From contig NC_088796.1 of assembly GCF_011386835.1 (NCBI RefSeq), positions 28,582,001-28,646,000 on the forward strand: DNA of 64,000 nucleotides, written 5' to 3'. The position numbers were made by a program, and so were the translations under genes. The stretch is from Chrysemys picta bellii (lineage: Eukaryota). Positions 42,765 through 56,690 of this stretch are shown piece by piece; positions within the stretch are counted from its first letter, which is position 1, and each line of letters opens with the position of its first letter. A model generated the notes under the pieces. That model searched no databases and was not told the origin of the DNA. It saw only the letters and a list, made by a program, of their open reading frames with translations.

Positions 42765-44431
42765 ATATTCCTTTAATGAACTTCCCCAGTCATTTGGTTT
42801 TTCATCCAGAAATGACAAAAACAAACCCCATAATGCTCCCTAAATTCTGCAATAATGCTACTATAAGTAACTTTGCACCAAAGCTAGGGAAACGGTTTCC
42901 TGATTTTATTAAGAAAAAACCTTCTCACAGTTTACTGAGAAATGAAGTGATTCTTTGGGCAAATCTAGGAGAGTTTCAGGGTAGTCCTAAATGCAGTGTG
43001 GCTGAGAGCTCCTCTCAACAGGCTCTCACCTCTTCTCTCCCACCCTTCATCTCGTTCCACCTACTCAGAGGAGACACAGTGTCCTGATACCTCTTACCCT
43101 CACCCTGATAGCCAGCTGGCTTGGTCCCCTCATCCTACATGTTCAGGGGGAGGGGATTTGTAAGGTCAGTCTCCTCCTCCTCCCCAAACCCTTCAAGCAT
43201 TTTGTGGCAGGTAAGTGGGCTAGAAGCAGGGAAAAGAGACTCTTCTAGTCCCACTATCTCTCGCCTTTACATAAACCTGGGATTGAGAGATAGGACAATT
43301 TCCTGTGGACTAACAAAGTGTTCCTGGAACATTGCTCTGTCTCTTTCATCCTTTTGCATTAAGACCAGCCAAAATAGTGACAGTGAGAACTTTCCCTAGC
43401 TATTTATTGAGAAGACTGGTGTTTGAGAAGCTGGGAGGTAGTGGGAACCCTTTTTTCCAATCTGAGCTTTATGTTCTAGGAGTCGGGCCATATAGCCCAG
43501 ATGGATACACTGCCAACTCAAGTAGCCTTTCAGTTGAAATGACACACCCTTTTTGACTTCCAAATGCTTTAACCGCCAGAACAGAAACTGTGACTGGAGG
43601 TTTTTTTTTTTTTTTTTAATACAGTTGCCAACACTTTTCTTAGTTGGTAGATGACTACTAAGCGTATCTGATCAGCTATACAATTTAATGGCAATACAAT
43701 TTATTGTACAATCATGCAAGTCAGTCATCTGTGCAATCTTTATATAAATGACTAATTTAATTTTCCATTTGTACATTGAATATTAGAAAACTGGACTTTT
43801 TAAAGCTTAAATCAATAATACTTTTTAGACTAAGCAGAATTTTTTTAAATGAAGGAAAAGAAAAAAACTCTAATGCCCATCTGGTCAGTTGGAGTTTAAA
43901 TTTACTATACCATGCCTTGTACTTGACAATTTAGTGGGTCTTTTCCCCATTTTTAAATCCTTATGATCCTATGTCCTCCCATCATAAAGTGTGTTGAAAT
44001 AGAAATGTGCAAGCACCTTTAAGCATGAAAGGCTTTCTGACAGCCTCCAATATTGAAATGTTTTGACATATCCTATAACAGGAAAAGTGAACCATAAAAT
44101 ATCTTATTTATTCTATCCATCATCGGGTCTTCTGTTGACAAGGGTGACATTCTCCCCCGGGCACTTAGAAGGCCAACTTCATACTCTGTCATACTTTAGT
44201 CAGTTATATTTTCATGAATTTGGACACACATACTGCTTTCTCCATGATATCCTCAGTACCTACAACTGAGCAGAAAGACAATTCATAGCTAATAGAAGGG
44301 GGTGAGAGGAGAAGCATACATTAGCACTGTCCCCAAGTTATTCATTTGGGGAGGGAAATTTTTATTAAAGGTTTATGCTGCAGGATTCAGATGTTGTATT
44401 GTGGGATTCAAAAGCTTCAGAATATAATTGG

Positions 44432-47400
44432 TGTAACCCAGCCTGGAGGTGTGGCTGCAGTCTTCTCCCTTTTCTCCTCAAGGTTATAGGTCCTGGGTTC
44501 AAGGGCACCTGGTGCCTCCATCCAAGGAACCCCCTCTATCACCATGCCTCCATGGGTCACAACTGAGAATACCAAATTCAGGACAAGCTGCTGGGGAAAA
44601 GGAAAGACACACCCCAAAACTGGTGGTTATTCTCCCATGAGAAATACCAAACCAGCAACAAAAGAAAATCTCGGTCTCACCACACTGGCTAACAAGAAGT
44701 CAGATATGCAGATTCCTTAGGTATTCCAGTTCTGGATTCAACACGCAGACACTAGATTTAACGAGGAGTGGTTATTTAAAACCAATCCCATTCAAACAAA
44801 AGGGTTCTTCTCATCCCAAAGGACCAGCCACATATCAGGTCAAGCAAACTATCTTTTGATGGAGTCTCTTCCCTCCCTGTGGGGCTGGCCTCTGGACGAT
44901 TCTTTGGGTCTTCATTTTGTGATAATCTTTGTATCTCTGTAGACTGTCCCTGGGTGTTGTGTCTGCCAGCTCATAAGGGTTCCTGTTCCATCAGATCACT
45001 TGTCCCTCTGGCGCAATCACCTTGTATGACCTGATTACCACTGCACCCATCATGATTCCTTTAGTCCACTCCTTTTGCTGTCTCTCTAATGGCTGGATCG
45101 TCACAGGGCTGAAAGGTCCTTGGCTGACCTGTCATACTCTAGTGCGTGGTTTCTTTGATTGTTGATCATCTCCTTTTGGCAGAATCTCCATCCTTCTCAC
45201 TGCAACAAGTGTCCCCTCCTTGGTAGCAGGGCTTTGGTGCTTTGCCCCATCAATGTCTGTACTGGACTGTTTTGGTACCCCTGTAAGGGGGTTATGCTGT
45301 GTGCTAAAAATGGTAACAAGGGGTCTGATCCACAAGAAACAACCTTGTGTAACAGCCTCTTGGAATCCGCGCTGATTTCACCTTACCATCACTCTGTGGG
45401 TATGCTGGGGAGGAGGTCTGATGGTCAAACTCCTGTTTCCATGCATGAAAATTCCTTGAATTCTTCTGAGGCAAATTGGGGTCCATTGTCAGTGAATAAA
45501 ATGTCTGGAATGACATCTCTCTGAAAGTGGACCTTCAGTTTGCCAGACACTGTCTTGCTTCTTATATCAGGCAGGGCATCAACCTCCTAAAATTTGAACA
45601 GTAGTCCACTATAATCAAGTATTGTTTTCCATTGAGGTAAATGACTCCACTCCCACCTATTCCTATGGTTGGGTGGGCAGCCCATGGTGGTTTCATAGTC
45701 TCTTTCTGCTGGTGACTAACACATGACTGGCAGGAATCACACCCTTCTATCAAGGAGCACAGTTGTGTATTCAGTACTGGTCAGTAAACACAAACTGGAA
45801 TGCCTCCAAGGCAGCTATCAATGCCCAGGTGCAAAACGTATTTTTTGCATGACATCCTTATGTAATGAGGTGGGGACAACAGCTCTCTGTCCTTGAAATA
45901 CAATTCCATCCGGCACACATTTAAAAATATTGTTTGCTCCTACCAGTACTTGCCTTCTGGCCATGTACTAGTATCACTCTCTTGACAGCCTATAGTTAGA
46001 TGTCTCCCTGTTGAAACTGGGAGATGAATCCATTAACATGCTGCACTAATGTCCTGACCCCCATTCCACCAACTCCCTGATACTAGGTATAAATGCCTTG
46101 CTCAGGGTGTCAGCTAATACCAGTAGTTGTCCTAGACAATATCCACCTGGAGGCATGTCAATGTGCGCTGCAATCTCTTTCGAGCACTATGATGGGGTTT
46201 TGCCATGGTTGTCTCTAAGAGTTTGTGGGCTGATTGCACCATGACTGGGTGGGTATAGATGTACTGATGGAATTGCTCCACTCCAGATCCCACAACCATA
46301 AGCTCTTTTTCTATTTCGGTATACCCTTGCCTGCCGCTCCTGCAAAAGAGCTACACCCATTCCTTTCTCAATGCATCACACCGGTGTGTCAGCTTCAATC
46401 CTGGCTGGTAGTGCTTCAGGACAGAGGCTTCTGTAATATCATTTGTTTCAGCACATTAACTGCTTGCTGTTGGGAACCTGCCCAGTTCCACTTCACATCC
46501 TGCCTTGTGAGCTGACATATGACTTGGCCTGATGACTTCTTACCATCACCCTTTTGCTTACCCGGGCTGTACTGGCTTCTGCAGGTGCTATGATACCCCT
46601 GTGGTGCTGACTTTTAAGCTCCTTCATATTGGATTATGTAGTACCATTGGAATTCTCCTTCATGGTAAGCATACAGGTTCCACTGTGGGGTCTCCTTCGA
46701 GCCACAGCTTTCCTTTGAGGCACTCATTGCCTTTGAAAATATTCCCATGTGCTTTTAAAATGGTCTCTATTGGCCATGGGACTCCATCTTCTGCTTCCTG
46801 CACTGCAGCTATATAGTTCTGATGCTGTGCCTTGATCAGATTCAGATGCTTGTATGGTCTGCGGTGCCTACCATACACCACCACAAACTTCAGTTGGTAC
46901 AGTCTGTTATTTTCGGGTGAATTACTATGAAGTCACATTTTCTTATGGGCTGCATTATGCCATCATTGCACATTGTGCCAGCGGTTTGTAATGGGTGTAT
47001 TCAAGTCCAATTCACTCGCAGAATCTCATTGCAGGAATGAGATCTCATGCCCACTATCCAGCTGAAATTGCATGGGACATTTTCCTATTAACAGTATCAC
47101 ATGCATGGAGGTTGGAATTGTCCCTTGTTACTTTCCTGTCCTGACAGCCTGAACCTGCTCTTGGACTCAAGGAGAAAGTCATGATGTCATTGCTCTTGTC
47201 TGATGTGCCCTCCCCCTCTTGTACAAGACTCACTTAATCTTTCAAATCTTCTTCTGCTCTTGCACACACAGCTAACATGATTCAACTTGCCACATTTCTT
47301 GCAGTGCTGTCCTAGCTTTAGTCATTTCTCCTTTACCCACTCATGCGGTCTCCCTCAGCAAATGCATTTCAGTATAGGTATGGAATCCTGCCACCTGCTC

Positions 47401-47590
47401 TCCTTCGCTGTAGTCTCACTACGTGTACTTCTGGAGTTGTTGTGCCATCTAGAACGTGCATCCTTTCTCTTTATGTTTCCACTGCATGCCTGTGAGAGGG
47501 TGCTCGGAGGGCTGGGTGGCCTACAGGTCAGCGCACCCAAACCTCTCCCCCGCCTACGTTAGGGCACTAGAGGTGCCTGTTCTTGAACCT
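44432..47590 (-). mobile_element. Decayed Ty3/gypsy LTR retrotransposon: partial LTR (44432-~44846) + gag, protease region, RNase H and integrase remnants; most of RT missing
   Basis: Gag knuckle CKKCGKLNHVSCVC (~47260-47305); integrase HLGI...IEGCDSCQ, YLIIVDY and SSPAYPQSDG motifs; many stops and frameshifts; outer boundary approximate. Confidence 0.85.
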
Positions 47591-48282
47591 AAGCCAGGAA
47601 TCATCTGCTCTCCTCCTGCATCTGAGCCTCAGCCCTTAAGGCTGACTCATTGGCAAAATACTTTCACTGGTCCTGCAGCCACAGCTGTGCACACGGGCCA
47701 TGCTTCAGGAAAACACTGCTTCCCTGAATAGGGAAAGTCTTAAGAATGTGCTTAAAGTTAAATATGTGCTTAAGTGCTTTCCTGAAGACCAGAGGGGTAG
47801 AAGCAAGGGGGAAATAAAGAAGCTGAAGAGTACAAATTAATTTTTCAAGGAGCAACATTGACATCTGCAACAGAGAAACAATTGCCCTTAGTCTGTAGCA
47901 TGGAGCAAAATAAGAAGCGTTAGGCGTTATCTTCAGGATTCCATTGGGAAAAGGGTGTGCGGGGAATAGCCTGCTATGGAAATTCAGAAGACAAGGAAAA
48001 TTTTCAAAGCAGAATGTCTTTATTCTCTAAAAATATGCCCTCAGGTCACTTGCCCAAGGAGGTCAATGCCAGACCTGGGGAGAGAACTCAGATCTCTTGA
48101 CACTCAGCCCTGTGCCCTACTGTGTCCCTGGGCAACACTACTTTAAATTAAATGCAGTTAAATTCAAAGTGGCTAAATTGAGCAAAAACAAACTACTCCT
48201 CTCCCCACATTCAGGAACAATCAAAGAGAGGCAGGTCTTGATTTGAATATACACAATGCACTTTGTAGCACTGAGAAGCAGA

Positions 48283-48570
48283 CTCATAGATTTTACGGTC
48301 AGGTGGAGTCATGGTCATGTACATTGACCTTCAGCATAACGCAGGCCATAGAACTTCACCCAATAATTCCTGTATTAAGCCCATATCTTGTGGCTGACCT
48401 AGAGCATTTTGTTTTGGAAAGACATCCAATCTTGATGGAGAATTCATATCCCTTGCTAAGTTTTTCCAATAATTAATTACCCTCACTGTTAAAGAAAAAG
48501 AAAGAAAAGAAAAAGTAGTGTCTTATTTCTCATGTGAACTTATCTAGCTTCAGCTTCCAGCCATTGAATC
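48283..48570 (-). mobile_element. CR1 3' fragment
   Basis: Reverse-strand CR1 3' end (tcatagatttt...aggccatagaacttcaccc...aattaccctcactgttaaa). Confidence 0.65.
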
Positions 48571-49473
48571 TTAGAAGTGAACATTTTCAAACACTTTCTA
48601 AAAAAAAGTATTCCCCCCCCCCTCTTTTTTACACCTCAACTAAAGGAGGCCTTTCCCTCCCCACCCCCCCAGTACTCTGTGAAATCCTACATCTACTTCA
48701 CTTTGCAGGTTTAGTGCTCTGATCATTCAAGCTTCAGAGAAAAGAAATACAAAGAGAATGAGACTCCAGCTTTAAGTCTTCCTTAATCTGTAATACTTTC
48801 AGTCTCTTATTTTATCCCTTCTTCATTTCACAGATCAAATGGAGTTCAAATTATCTCCCTTCACTTTCAGTCATTTAACTAGATTGTGTCACCACTAATG
48901 CCCACTGACAAACCAGCTCAGGGAAGAACAGGGGATGGATCAAACTGTAAACAAAGCACTGTGACTTTTCCAAAGACAGGTAAACACATCTAATCTGCCA
49001 TGGACTGAAATTCTGAGAAATCTAATTTATCTACAGCAAAGCAAGAAAAATAAAAGTTATGGAAAACCTCAAATTCAATTTACCTGTATTTGTAGGACAT
49101 TTTACTAATAGATCTTGATGGCCCAATGTTTCTTCAGCTTTCCTTGAAAAGTTTTGATTTTTTTCCCCTCAAAACCCTAAAATTTTGGGTGAGACTGGCT
49201 GAATTTTTCAGGTTTGGGGTTTTTTGTTTTGTTTTCTTTAAACAGCAAGTTAAATTTCAACAGAAATATTCTAGTGACAGAGATTTGATTCCCCATTTTT
49301 TGCCACGATTTTCACCTCTCCCTTCGCATCCATTTTCATATAAAACTGGAGGCCACGGTAAAAACCTGGTAGTACTAATCTATTCAGCAGAGATCTATGC
49401 TAGTAAGGGCAGTGATACAGAATGGGGCTGAAAATTTGGGGGTCAGTACATAAGACTCCCATAAAGGATCAAT

Positions 49474-50775
49474 TATGAAACATTTAGAGGAAAGGAAAGT
49501 GATCAGGAACAGTCAGCATGGATTCACGAAGGGGAAGTCGTGCCTGACTAACCTAATTGCCTTCTATGATGAGATAACTGGCTCTGTGGATGAGGGGAAA
49601 GCAGTGGATGTGTTTCCTTGACTTTAGCAAAGCTTTTGATACGGTCTCCCACAGTATTCTTGCCGCCAACTTAAAGAAGTATGGGCTGGATGAATGGACT
49701 GTAAGGTGGATAGAAAGCTGGCTAGATCGTCGGGCTCAACGGGTAGTGATCAATGGCTCCATGTCTAGTTGGCAGCCGGTTTCAAGCGGAGTGCCCCAAG
49801 GGTCGGTCCTGGGGCCGGTTTTGTTTAATATCTTTATTAATGATCTGGAGGATGGTGTGGACTGCACTCTCAGCAAGTTTGCAGATGACACTAAACTAGG
49901 AGGCGTGGTAGATACACTAGAGGGTAGGGATCGGATACAGAGGGACCTAGACAAATTAGAGGATTGGGCCAAAAAAACCCTGATGAGGTTCAACAAGGAC
50001 AAGTGCAGAGTCCTGCACTTAGGACGGAAGAATCCCATGCACTGCTACAGACTAGGGACCGAATGGCTAGGTAGCAGTTCTGCAGAAGAGGACCTGGGGT
50101 CACAGTGGACGAGAAGCTGGATATGAGTCAACAGTGTGCTCTTGTTGCCAAGAAGGCTAACGGCATCTTGGGCTGTATAAGTAGGGGCATTGCCAGCAGA
50201 TCGAGGAACGTGATCGTTCCCCTTTATTCGACATTGGTGAGGCCTCATCTGGAATACTGTGTCCAGTTTTGGGCCCCACACTACAAGAAGGATGTGGAAA
50301 AATTGGAAAGAGTCCAGCGGAGGGCAACAAAAATGATTAGGGGTCTGGAGCACATGACTTATGAGGAGAGGCTGACGGAACTGGGATTGTTTAGTCTCCA
50401 GAAGAGAAGAATGAGAGGGGATTTGATAGCAGCCTTCAACTACCTGAAGGGGGGTTCCAAAGAGGATGGAGCTCGGCTGTTCTCAGTGGTGGCAGATGAC
50501 AGAACAAGGAGCAATGGTCTCAAGTTGCAGTGGGGGAGGTCCAGGTTGGATATCAGGAAAAACTATTTCACTAGGAGGGTGGTGAAATACTGGAATGCGT
50601 TACCTAGGGAGGTGGTGGAGTCTCCTTCCTTGGAGGTTTTTAAGGCCCGGCTTGACAAAGCCCTGGCTGGGATGATTTAGCTGGGAATTGGTCCTGCTTT
50701 GAGCAGGGGGTTGGACTAGATGACCTCTTGAGGTCCCTTCCAACTCTGATATTCTATGATTCTATGATTCTATGA
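49474..50775 (+). mobile_element. Young 5'-truncated CR1 LINE (RT C-terminal half + 3' UTR), frameshifted
   Basis: [20 protein letters not shown] and SKFADD motifs; (ATTCTATG)3 tail; GATCAAT repeated at both junctions (49467-73, 50774-80). Confidence 0.97.
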
Positions 50776-51409
50776 TCAATACGTGGGACCATCCTCTTCA
50801 TTAGCTGGGGAACAGTGTTTTGGTAAATACCCCAAATGCCGTGCTCTGAGCAAGAAAGGCCAAGCAGTGTAAGAGAGCCAGTGGTTCAGAATGCTGTGAT
50901 ACACCCCTTATTGTGAGGCAGTGTGTGTGGGAGGACACTGTGAACAAAGGACAAGTGATGCAACTAATCATTTCCTGTAATGGACAACCCTGCAACAGTT
51001 TTATCGCTCGGTACAGAGGCAGCTCTGGAGAGAGAGAGAGAGAGAGACACTATCCTGTGCAGCTGCATATGAGTGTTATTGAAGTAAGTAATTACAAGCT
51101 GCCAGTCACATCTTATCTCTGGGGGGGAGAGCTGAATTGGAGGGGTGGGGTGGAACATGCCCCCTACCATCTGCTGTGGGTTTACATTAAAGGATTGTGG
51201 GTTGTAATCAAAACGTAACTTAACATGATTTCAGATTTTTTCCCACCATACCTGGAAGCATTTCACCGGCAGAGAACTACCCTTATTGCCCACAAGCCAG
51301 CAAGATGCCTATTCATTCTATAGTCTCTGAAAGCCTAAAGCTCACAGAAATAGTGACATGGTTTTTCCCTGACAAACACTCCTGCCAAAGGAAATCACAT
51401 CCTCTACAT

Positions 51410-51539
51410 TAGTGGTTTTCAATCTTGTTTCATTTGCAACCCCCTAAAAAAACCTTTGAGTGGAGGTGCAGAGCCCTTTTGAAATCCTAGACAGTTTGTG
51501 GACACCCAGGGTCTTTGGACCACAGGTTGAAAATCAGAA
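51410..51539. mobile_element. Short Charlie-type hAT MITE
   Basis: Perfect 8-bp TSD CTCTACAT (51402-09, 51540-47). Confidence 0.75.
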
Positions 51540-51570
51540 CTCTACATACTCCATGCAAAGAGATGAAGTT

Positions 51571-51589
51571 GGGACACTAGGGGGCACCT
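51571..51589 (+). promoter_or_regulatory. Candidate CTCF motif
   Basis: GGGACACTAGGGGGCACCT matches the CCASYAGRKGGCRS core except for the first C; motif match only. Confidence 0.3.
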
Positions 51590-54500
51590 GCCAGGGACAG
51601 CAGACATCCTCTTAGTGCTGGATGGTGCGTACACACACATACGACAAATATATGTCTAAGAGGAGGGCTGAGTCTCCCCTGTGCATTTATAGAAACAAAA
51701 AGGGAGCTCACTTTGCAGCCCTCGCTGCAGATATGGCAACAGTAGATGTGGCTCAGGGAGGACAGGGCATTTTGAACAACCAGAGCTGGCCTTAGAATTT
51801 TGGGGAATATTTTCTCCAGCCTCTTTTCCAATATAACCACTTACTGGCCACAATTGCCACATCATGATGTGCATGGCCAGCTTAAGGTTTTTGGTGAGGG
51901 TCAGTGAGATGATTCTGGGAGTGATGCTCCAAGCTTTAACCAATCATTTAAAAGGAAGGGGACAGATCTTTCCCAGTTTCTGGCAGCTGAAGTGGAACCT
52001 ATTTGCACGATTTTACAACTTAATCAGTTTCGGCTTTTGAGACTATTTCACAAGGAAAAAGACTGGGAACATATTTTAAAAAACAGAAGTTGACATTCTC
52101 CTTTGCAGGGCCCAAAGGCTGGCTCTGTTAACAAGGGACTCCTATGAGCTTTCTCCAGCCAGCTCATTAGTAGTAGGATTGGTCTCAGCTCCCTGGAGAC
52201 AAGCTGGCACATCTGTCTAAAGCAGAGAAGGAAAAGCCCCTTTCCTGCAACAAAAGAGGACTCAAAAGAACATCTAATGGAGGACAAAGCATTCAGAACT
52301 GATATGCACTCTAAGTTGTTGGCTGTACAAATGGCTGTGGCTGACCCAGCTCAGGGAGTCAGCCTCTCTAAAATTGGAGTAGGAAAGAATGCTGTTGCTG
52401 TAGTGAGTCTGCAGAACAGAATCAAGCTCTTGGAGAGAAGAAGAGTAGTAGTTAGGGTCTCTAAAAATTCATGGGGTGAGGCCCAAACCTGCTCCCACAA
52501 AAGTTAATGGGAGTTTTGACATTGCTTTCAATGGGAGCAGGACTGGGACCATGGAGAATTGTGAAAGAAGGAGCAATGTGAAAATAAAAAATAAATCCCT
52601 GAGACTTTAGGGAAAGATATTCTGCACCAACAGTCAGATTATCAGTTAAGGTGCTTAAAGTCTGAATGGACTAGAGGACTTAGTAACAGAGATATAGTTT
52701 GTGGGCCCTTTCTCCCCTCTTTAGGGCGGGAACACCACACGAAGAGCCTAGTTATAACATTACACCACTGCCAGCTGTTGAAATGAATGCCCAAACAAAC
52801 ACTTAAAAGGAGATTTTTTGTATGTATGTGAGAGAAGAATAATCACATAACACCACAGAAGGAAGGTACATACTTTCTATTATATTTACCACGGGCAAAA
52901 TCATCAGCTGCTCTCACTGGTTCTCTGCTGAGCTTGGGGAAAATAATTCTGGGTGGAAGACAGTGGAACTGCTCACCGGCTGCTGTTGCTATCCTGAGCC
53001 TCAGGTGGCATGAAAGCTAATGCAAACACCACTTGAGTTGCAAGAGATGGGAAGGGGGGCAATGACTAGTGGATACCCTCAAACAAGTGGAACTTTGAAT
53101 TCAAGGGTAATCTGCTTTCCTGGGGATTTCAGGATCAGGAACTTTGGTAACATTATTGTAAGTTGAAGGGTTTTGAACCCCTAGTGTAGAATGTTTTAGG
53201 GCTAGTCTAAAGTGGAAATGCTACATTGGCGCCGCGGCAATGAGTCTGGTGCACTATGCTGATGGGAGGGAGCTCTCCCGTTGGCATAATAAGTCCACCT
53301 CAGTGAGAGGCAGTAGTGACGTCGGAGGAAGAAGCTGGAAACAGTTTAGCTCATCTCTAATAACTCCTGCTATATGAACTCACATCTATTTGTGTACAAC
53401 TGAATGTGTTTGTGAGAAGCACACAGAAAAAGCAGAAGTAGTGGTACAGGTCACATGTCCTCTGCTCTGACACTTCTCACCTCTGCAGAGGTGAACTTGA
53501 ACTTGCTGGAAAGGTTGCCTCTCAGTGTCTGCGCATGTCATTAAGTGACTCCTTCATGAGCCTATCTTGCAGCACTTTTCTGATGGAGAGATCCCAATGT
53601 CTGTGCAGAGTCCTTTTCTAATTAGTGGGGTTCCATGTGGGTTTCAAGGTCTGTCTGCCAATCTTGTTGCAGGACTGAGGCCTGGGTAAACGTGACTACA
53701 GACAAGTGTATTTATTTCACATCTATGGTTAAAGGGATTAATTCATCTCATACTCACCTAAGCCATCCTCCAGCAAGCTGGATCAAGGTATTATGGTTGG
53801 AAACTTTGCAGCTAAGAAGTATGATCCAAAAGTCTTTCACAAAGTAACAAAAACTAATTTCTAGATATGGCAACCTTCTCATTCAAGCCCAGAACAGCTG
53901 CTATAGTCCACTTCCTCTTCCGTATAAAAATTGCATGTGTACATTTAATAGTTTTCAGTCAAACCATTTGTTTAAAACATTCAGTTGGGCCTGAAGGAGT
54001 TACATACCGATTTATATTGAATTTTAGTAGAATGTGGGTGCCTAATTCTCTTAGGTTCCTCTGAAAATCCCAGCCTTTAAGAACAGAGTTTGTGATTATC
54101 TAGGAGTAGCAAAGTTGCAAGACAGAAACCAATGCCTAATGAGGGGAAAGTGCTTTATAAAAATGCCTTTAGCACCATTATTATTTTCCAAAGGAAAATA
54201 AATGTGGTGTTTATAACAAATGGAACAATCTGTATTAACCCCTTTCAGTACTGATCACTACAGCAGCGTCTGTGCCGTGGAGGCATTCAACAGCATAGTT
54301 TTGGGCTTAGTTGTGCCTGAGCTGGCTTTTATGAATGTTTCCCCCCTTGCAGATCCAACCTCTACCTTATTAGCACTTACTCAAACGAGAGCTTACAAGA
54401 CCCACTTCTTGTGGCAGTCTGGGTGAGTCTGCAAAGCAGCTCCATCTTCATACTGCTTTGAGGCTGTAGAAAGGCAGATCATTCCTATCCTAGAAATGGA

Positions 54501-55143
54501 ACATTCTGTCACAACCTGCTCGTTGTATTTGCAGTGGTATCACTATCAGTTAAGCAAATATGCGTTGTTAAGAGGCACTGGAGTTCAGGGAACAATTTTG
54601 GTCTCACTAACAAACAAATGAAAATATTTGGTTTCTACTCCAGCCTCTGCCAGTGCCTGTATGACATTAGGTAAGTCACATGGAGTTCATTTTCAGTCTT
54701 CAGCCTACCATATTTGCATATGAAAGACTGTGCACGCCCCTACATCTGCCCATATCGCGCAGGTGAAGGAACTGTACATGCACTTTTAATAAACATACTG
54801 CTGTGCAAAATACTTAGAATTTGTACCCACCAAAATGAGTTTTGCTCACTGTTGTGGCGATATTAAAGAAGGTACTAACAGTGATTCCCCCAAGTGACAG
54901 TGACCCCCCAATAATTTGTCCCCCACACTTTAAAATCCAACAGTTTCACCAAGTACAAAAATCTCTTGGGTCTTCTGTTAAAACTTGTAAGCTACTGTCT
55001 GTAGAAACCATTGATTGCATCTGTCCTGTGAAAGATACTTTATTACTATGTAAAACTTACAAAAAAGTTAATTGACTTTGTTCTTGAAGTAATTGATACA
55101 ATGTAAACGAACACTATAAGCCGTTAAGTGACTTTCACTTCAT

Positions 55144-55772
55144 TGTAACAGCAACGGCTTATAGGAACAGACCCCCACCCTCTGTGATTAAAGGGCCAGG
55201 AGTCTCAAATGAATTAGCACACACCCCGAAAGTGGTGGAGACAGTAAATTAAAATATGGTTAAGATATGGAATGTATGCTGATGAATGCTTGATGTACAT
55301 AAATGGTTAGGGAGGTGCCAGCCTAGAAAGGGAGTATCCATCGGCTGAAGAATGTGTCAAGTAGGACCACCAGACAACCCCCTGAGGGTAAACTGGGATC
55401 CACCCCATCACCTGGAAGGATGAGAAACACAAACTTTGAACAATGTGGAGCCACCAGGAATGTGCCACTTTGGACAGGAATGTGCCATCTGCTGACTGAG
55501 TCAGCAACAGCAGGATAAAACAGTTCCCATAGACTAACATAGGAATTAATTCCTATAAGAATGGACTCTAAAGACTGATGACTTTGAGTCTCTGGTTCTG
55601 CTGCCAACCTCCAGGAGCATCAGGTGCACCTGACACAGACTCGGCTCCATCCTCATGACCAAGATACCTGGCCAGTAACTTGGCATGAGAAACTTCTAGG
55701 CTGGTAACTATAACACCTATACAGAACTTGAATGAATGATTGTGTGAATGACTGACTGACTCTCTCTCTCTC

Positions 55773-55807
<35 letters not shown>

Positions 55808-55940
55808 ATAAGAAATAAGTAGTCAAACAACGTTGTTTACTTTTATCTTTTGCTTTATCATTATATTTACAATAAATGTGGCATCTTTGCCTTATCCCTC
55901 TTAATAAGATCCTGCTGGTTTTTATTCTGTTGGTATAACA
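55144..55940 (+). mobile_element. Solo LTR (ERV/gypsy-like), about 800 bp
   Basis: TGTAACA...TATAACA termini; internal CAGGAATGTGCCA direct repeat; AATAAA near the 3' end. Confidence 0.7.
55761..55806. repeat. Compound microsatellite (TC)6(TA)8(TG)9
   Basis: Read directly. Confidence 0.9.
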
Positions 55941-56095
55941 CTGTGACATGTCCAGGGTACAATCAAGACTAACGATCCACCCCTGCCCTCTAGCCTGGAG
56001 TGCCCTTTACACTGCTTTGCTGCTGCAGCCTCCAATCTGGAATCCTCACAGCCTCCAGCATGCACGGCACTCCCAGCTATGTCTGTGCGCACTCT

Positions 56096-56326
56096 CAGGG
56101 CCGGCTCCAGGCACCAGCTTACCAAGCAGGTGCTTGGGGTGGCCACTTCGGAGAGGGGCGGCACGTCCAGCTATTCGGCGGCAATTTGGCGGACGGTCCC
56201 TCACTCCTGCTCGGAGCGAAGGGCCTCCCGCTGAATTGCCACCGCAGATCGCGATCACGGCTTTTTTGTTTGTTTGTTTGTTTTTGTTTGGCTGCTTGGG
56301 GCGGCCAAATCCTGGAGCCGGCCCTG
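56096..56326. mobile_element. hAT MITE nested in LTR
   Basis: Perfect 16-bp TIR CAGGGCCGGCTCCAGG; TSD CGCACTCT/TGCACTCT (7/8). Confidence 0.9.
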
Positions 56327-56599
56327 TGCACTCTACAGCTAGTCAGTCATACCTTGACTCTTACCAGCCTTGGTTATATCCCCAAACACACTACCAGTCC
56401 TAAATTTCCCCCCAGAAATGTATTTCCTGTACTGCCCAGCCCTCTCCTGAAAAATACAAATTTGTATAAAGTCTCTATTTCTTTAATAAAAAATTATATG
56501 CATACCCTGTTACTGCAAATGGAGTTCCCCAGACACTTCACTTTAAACCCACTTGATTCGATAAAATAAAACACGTTTAGTAACTACAAAGAGAGTAGT

Positions 56600-56690
56600 C
56601 GTCATGCAGCTGAAATGGGTTTTTCACCCAGGAAAGCTTATTCCCAAATAAATCTGTTAGTCTTTAAGGTGCCACCGGACTCCTCGCTTT
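56600..56690 (+). mobile_element. Penelope end with decayed hammerhead motif, nested in LTR
   Basis: gaaagcttattcccaaataaatctgttagtctttaaggtgccaccggactcc; the CUGANGA core is partly deleted. Confidence 0.75.

Noticed and set aside
49590-50680. 178-aa and 191-aa RT ORFs as a functional gene
   Set aside because: 5'-truncated CR1 ORF2 broken by frameshifts.
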